Of a stretch of DNA of 64,000 nucleotides, positions 60,357 through 64,000 are shown piece by piece. Source of the DNA: Humibacter sp. (GTDB lineage Bacteria; Actinomycetota; Actinomycetes; Actinomycetales; Microbacteriaceae); the NCBI GenBank assembly GCA_035564555.1, contig DATMTS010000093.1, positions 19,314 through 83,313 of the forward strand, read 5' to 3'. Position 1 is the first letter of the stretch, and each line of letters begins with the position of its first letter. A program made the translations under genes and the position numbers. The notes beneath the pieces were generated by a model. It did no database searches. It had not been told where the DNA came from and worked only from the letters and a program-made list of their open reading frames with translations.

Positions 60357-61381
60357 CCGACGCGACCTACCCGGCACAGCAGCAGTACGACGCGGCACCG
60401 GCATCCCCCGCGACGCCGCCGGATGCCGACACGGAGCGGTTGCGCCACACCCTGGCGCAGGTGCGCTCCGAGGTGGGCAAAGCGGTGGTCGGCCAGGACG
60501 GCGCGGTGACGGGCCTGATCATCGCATTGCTCGCGCGCGGCCATGTGCTGCTGGAAGGGGTGCCGGGAGTCGCGAAGACTCTGCTGATCCGCTCGTTGTC
60601 GCGGGCCCTCAGCCTGCAGACCAAGCGCGTGCAGTTCACCCCCGATCTGATGCCGGGCGACGTCACGGGCTCGGTCGTCTACGACGCGTCGCGGGGCGAG
60701 TTCGAGTTCCGCCAGGGTCCGGTGTTCACGAACATCCTGCTCGCCGATGAGATCAACCGCACGCCGCCGAAGACGCAGTCCGCACTGCTGGAGGCGATGG
60801 AGGAGCGTCAGGTCACGGCCGACGGCATCACGATGCCGCTGCCCGCTCCGTTCATCGTCGCGGCCACGCAGAACCCCATCGAGTACGAGGGCACCTATAC
60901 GCTGCCGGAGGCACAGCTCGACAGATTCCTGCTGAAGCTGACCTTGGACATCCCCGAGCGCGACACGGAATTCGAGATGCTCCGCAGGCACTCCGCCGGA
61001 TTCGATCCGCGCGACCTTGCGGCAGCAGGCATCCGGCCGGTTATCGGCGCCGCCGAACTGCAGCAGGCGTCCGCGGCGGCGACCGCGGTGTCGGTCGGCT
61101 CCGACGTGCTCGCTTACATGGTCGACCTGGCCCGGGCGACACGGCAGAGCCCGTCGGTGCGCCTCGGCGTGAGTCCCCGCGGCACGACCGCGCTGCTGGC
61201 ATGTGCGAAAGCGTGGGCGTGGCTGAGCGGATACGACGCCGTCACGCCGGACCACGTGCAGGCGATGGTGCTGCCGGTGTGGCGACACCGCATCCAATTG
61301 CGCCCCGAGGCGGAGCTCGAAGGGGTCTCGACGGATTCGATCCTGCGCGCCATCATGCAGCAGGTGCAGGTGCCGATCTAG
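60353..61381 (+). CDS. MoxR-family AAA+ ATPase
   Basis: ATGA overlap with the upstream stop. Walker A GVPGVAKT, Walker B LLADEINR, sensor ATQNP...LPEAQLDRF. Confidence 0.9.
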   Translation: MTDATYPAQQQYDAAPASPATPPDADTERLRHTLAQVRSEVGKAVVGQDGAVTGLIIALLARGHVLLEGVPGVAKTLLIRSLSRALSLQTKRVQFTPDLMPGDVTGSVVYDASRGEFEFRQGPVFTNILLADEINRTPPKTQSALLEAMEERQVTADGITMPLPAPFIVAATQNPIEYEGTYTLPEAQLDRFLLKLTLDIPERDTEFEMLRRHSAGFDPRDLAAAGIRPVIGAAELQQASAAATAVSVGSDVLAYMVDLARATRQSPSVRLGVSPRGTTALLACAKAWAWLSGYDAVTPDHVQAMVLPVWRHRIQLRPEAELEGVSTDSILRAIMQQVQVPI

Positions 61382-61387
61382 GCGCGC

Positions 61388-62716
61388 ATGGCGATCACCG
61401 GACGATTCGTCGCACTGCTGGCGATCGGCATCGTGCCGGTCGTGCTTTTCGGGCGCGACACCGACACTGCGGCACTCGTGCTGCTGGCGTGGCTCGCGTT
61501 CGCCGCGTGCGTCGGGGCAGTCGATCTTGTGCTGGCGGCGTCGCCCCGGCGCATCGACATCGGCCGCGAACTGCCGACCAGGGTGCGACTCGCGGAGCGA
61601 GTACCCGCCACCCTCTACCTGACGAACACGGGTACGCGGGCGATGCGGGCGACCGTGCGGGATGCCTGGGAGCCGTCCGCCGGAGCGGCCGGCGGGCGCC
61701 TGTCGGTGTTCATCCCATCCGGAGAACGCCGTGCCCTGACGACCTGGCTCACTCCCTTCCGGCGCGGCGAACGGCGGGTCGAGCGCGTCACGGTGCGCTC
61801 GGCCGGACCACTGGGTCTCGTGGCACGGCAGGCGACGCTGCCGGCTCCCGGCCGCATCAGAGTGCTGCCGCCGTTCAATTCCCGCAAGCATCTGCCTTCC
61901 CGATTGGCGCGGCTGCGCGAACTCGACGGGCGCACGAGTGTGATGATCCGCGGGCAGGGCACCGAGTTCGATTCGCTTCGCGAGTACGTGCGCGGCGACG
62001 ACGTGCGGTCGATCGACTGGCGAGCGACCGCGCGGCGCGGCGACGCGGATGCCACCGGGGAGCGTCTGATGGTACGCACCTGGCGCCCCGAACGCGACCG
62101 GCGGGTGGTGATCGTCATCGACACGGGGCGCACCTCGGCCGCGCGCATCGAGAACGAGCCGCGCATCGATACGGCGTTCGAGTCGGCTCTGCTGCTCGCA
62201 GCGCTGGCCTCGCGCGCCGGCGACCGCGTCGATCTGCTCGCATTCGACCGCCGAGTTCGCGGGCGCGTGCAGGGCGCGACCGGCGCCGAGCTGCTTCAGC
62301 GATGCGTCGACACCATGGCGGGCATCGATCCCGAGCTGATCGAGACGGATTGGCCGGCCGTGCCGGCCCAGGTGCGATCGATCACACCGCATCGCGCGAT
62401 GGTCGTGCTGCTCACGGCCATCCAGACCCCGGGCGCCTCGCGCGGGCTGCTCGGCGTGTTGCCCCAGCTGACCCGGGCGCACACGGTGGTCGTCGCATCG
62501 GTCACCGACCCGACCGTGCTTCAGGCCGCGGACGGCCGCAGCGACCGCGCCGAGGTCTACCGAGCCGCCGCGGCCGAACGGGCCCTGCTGGATGCAGCAC
62601 GGGTCTCGGAAGCCGTTCGGCGGCTCGGCGCAGAGGTCGTCACCGGGCCACCGGACGGGCTTCCCGCTGCGTTGGCCGACCGGTACATCGCGTTGAAGGC
62701 CGCCGGACGGCTTTAG
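61388..62716 (+). CDS. DUF58 (vWA-like) domain protein
   Basis: Two N-terminal TM helices. Conserved GTEFDSLREYVRGDDVRSIDWRATAR motif of DUF58, followed by a vWA-like VIVIDTG segment. Confidence 0.8.
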   Translation: MAITGRFVALLAIGIVPVVLFGRDTDTAALVLLAWLAFAACVGAVDLVLAASPRRIDIGRELPTRVRLAERVPATLYLTNTGTRAMRATVRDAWEPSAGAAGGRLSVFIPSGERRALTTWLTPFRRGERRVERVTVRSAGPLGLVARQATLPAPGRIRVLPPFNSRKHLPSRLARLRELDGRTSVMIRGQGTEFDSLREYVRGDDVRSIDWRATARRGDADATGERLMVRTWRPERDRRVVIVIDTGRTSAARIENEPRIDTAFESALLLAALASRAGDRVDLLAFDRRVRGRVQGATGAELLQRCVDTMAGIDPELIETDWPAVPAQVRSITPHRAMVVLLTAIQTPGASRGLLGVLPQLTRAHTVVVASVTDPTVLQAADGRSDRAEVYRAAAAERALLDAARVSEAVRRLGAEVVTGPPDGLPAALADRYIALKAAGRL

Positions 62717-62895
62717 CCCGTGCCTGCTATCAGCGGCCCGTGAACCTGCCCTCTGCACGGCGTGTCAGGTTGCGACATTCCCGCCGGGTAACGCCGATCG
62801 ACCGGCCGAATCCCATAGCGTCGAACGTGCCGCACCTCCGGAGCGGCCCGGCGCGGGTAGCGCTGTGCTCTCTGCGACTCACGAAAGAGGTCATC

Positions 62896-63657
62896 ATGGC
62901 TGAGGCAACACCTCCCCCGCTCACGGCCGTTCCCTCGTACGGTGCACGTCTCGGGGCCGAGGCCGTCGGAACATTCGTGCTCGTCTTCGGCGTCGTGGGC
63001 ACCGCCCTGTTCGCCGCGGGCTTCCACGGCGGCGCCGGCGCACTCAACGTCGGCTTCCTGGGCGTTTCGCTGGCGCTGGGCCTGACGGTCGTCGTCGGCG
63101 CCTATGCCTTCGGGCCGGTCTCGGGCGGTCACTTCAACCCGGCCGTCACCATCGGGCTCGCGGTCGCCGGTCGTTTCGCCTGGCGCGACGTGATCGGTTA
63201 CATCATCGCCCAACTGATCGGCGGCATCATCGCCTCCAGCCTGCTGCTGGCCATCCTTGCCGGCGGGCCGAAGGGCGACCTGATGAAGCAGTTCCGCGGC
63301 GCCTCCACCGGATACGATGCGGTCTCCCCCGGTCACTACGGCCTGGGTGCGATGCTGCTGGTCGAGATCATCACGACGGCGATCTTCCTCTGGGTCATCA
63401 TCGGAGCCACCAGCGCGCGGGCCGCCGCGGGTTTCGCGCCGCTCGCGATCGGCCTGACGCTGACGCTTCTGGCGCTCATCGCGATTCCGGTCTCGAACGG
63501 ATCGTTCAACCCCGCTCGTTCGATTGCGACCGCGATCTACGGCGGTTCGCTCGCGTTCGGTCAGGTCTGGGCGTCGGTCGTCGCGCCGATCGTGGGCGCG
63601 ATCATCGCCGGTGCCAGCTTCAAGTTCATCTTCGACGGAACCAAGAAGACGTCCTGA
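62896..63657 (+). CDS. aqpZ: Aquaporin Z
   Basis: ATG 62896 after AAGAGG, in the tail of listed ORF 61201..63657. Two NPA boxes (SGGHFNPAVT and NGSFNPARS). Colinear with E. coli AqpZ. Confidence 0.92.
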   Translation: MAEATPPPLTAVPSYGARLGAEAVGTFVLVFGVVGTALFAAGFHGGAGALNVGFLGVSLALGLTVVVGAYAFGPVSGGHFNPAVTIGLAVAGRFAWRDVIGYIIAQLIGGIIASSLLLAILAGGPKGDLMKQFRGASTGYDAVSPGHYGLGAMLLVEIITTAIFLWVIIGATSARAAAGFAPLAIGLTLTLLALIAIPVSNGSFNPARSIATAIYGGSLAFGQVWASVVAPIVGAIIAGASFKFIFDGTKKTS

Positions 63658-63671
63658 CGGAGACGACTCGC

Positions 63672-63703
63672 TGACGGCGGGAACCTTCGGGTTCCCGCCG
63701 TCA
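63672..63703. terminator. 14-bp perfect hairpin with TTCG loop between convergent aqpZ and MFS genes (bidirectional terminator candidate)
   Basis: TGACGGCGGGAACC (63672-63685), TTCG, GGTTCCCGCCGTCA (63690-63703). The distal arm contains the stop codon of the minus-strand gene. Confidence 0.65.
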
Positions 63704-64000
63704 CTCGGCTCCCCGCCCGGCCGACGGCAGTTCGCGCATGCCCGTCAACGGCGAGAACAACACCAACGCGACGGCGACCAACCCGCCGGTCGCTCCGATC
63801 CACATCGTGGTCGGGATTCCCGTGAGCTGCCCGAGCCCTCCGGCGATCAGGCTCCCGATCGGCAGCACCCCCCAGACCAGACAGCGGATCGACGCGTTCA
63901 TCCTGCCGAGCAGTGCGGGCGGGCAGACGCGTTGCCGGAACGTCAACTGGGCGACGTTGTACACCAGCACGCCGAACGAGCTCAACAGCTCGCCGCCCAC
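63701..64000 (-). CDS. MFS-type transporter, C-terminal fragment (5' end outside window)
   Basis: Open to the window edge. The last about 3 TM helices carry the LLGRMNAS loop typical of MFS (enterobactin-exporter-like) proteins. Confidence 0.5.
   Translation of the reverse strand: MGGELLSSFGVLVYNVAQLTFRQRVCPPALLGRMNASIRCLVWGVLPIGSLIAGGLGQLTGIPTTMWIGATGGLVAVALVLFSPLTGMRELPSAGRGAE

Noticed and set aside
60050-63657. 902-aa minus-strand ORF (60050..62758) and 818-aa plus-strand ORF (61201..63657)
   Set aside because: The first is antisense to MoxR/DUF58. The second is an alternative frame over DUF58 that merely runs into the genuine aqpZ frame. Only its last 253 aa (from ATG 62896) look like a real protein.

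Overview
High-GC (roughly 70% G+C) chromosomal core region of an actinobacterium, probably Micrococcales-like (low confidence on taxon). All calls come from reading the sequence and ORF track by eye. No BLAST, HMM or covariance searches were run, so DUF/family names are recalled, not verified. I support 61 protein genes, densely packed and often translationally coupled, plus one tRNA-Arg(CCG). There is no rRNA, CRISPR array, transposase or integrase. Gene order matches conserved actinobacterial blocks known from M. tuberculosis: argS-lysA; metY-metX; guaB1 plus two CNNM/CBS genes; kgd; rshA-sigH / aroA-rsgA; whiB1 / pdtaS; Rv3235-like / secA-hpf-comF-lpqB-mtrB-mtrA. The supplied ORF track misses a 3'-truncated lysA at the left edge. 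It also contains many long antisense or read-through shadow ORFs, typical of high-GC DNA, which I rejected. Candidates worth follow-up: (1) an orphan SAF/CpaB-like plus degenerate CpaE/ParA-like pair with a divergent HTH gene and a perfect TTATCCACA box, lacking any TadABC/pilin partners; (2) a histidine kinase, a degenerate kinase-like membrane paralogue and a NarL-type regulator in one cassette; (3) a five-gene coupled operon (PPPGYG-repeat membrane protein, DUF4129, DUF4350, MoxR, DUF58) divergent from mtrA; (4) an exact GGAAT-N18-GTT SigH/SigR-type promoter upstream of sigH that would transcribe an in-frame N-terminally extended isoform; (5) several structured or repetitive intergenic elements. 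None of these is proven novel. Each entry lists a decisive test.
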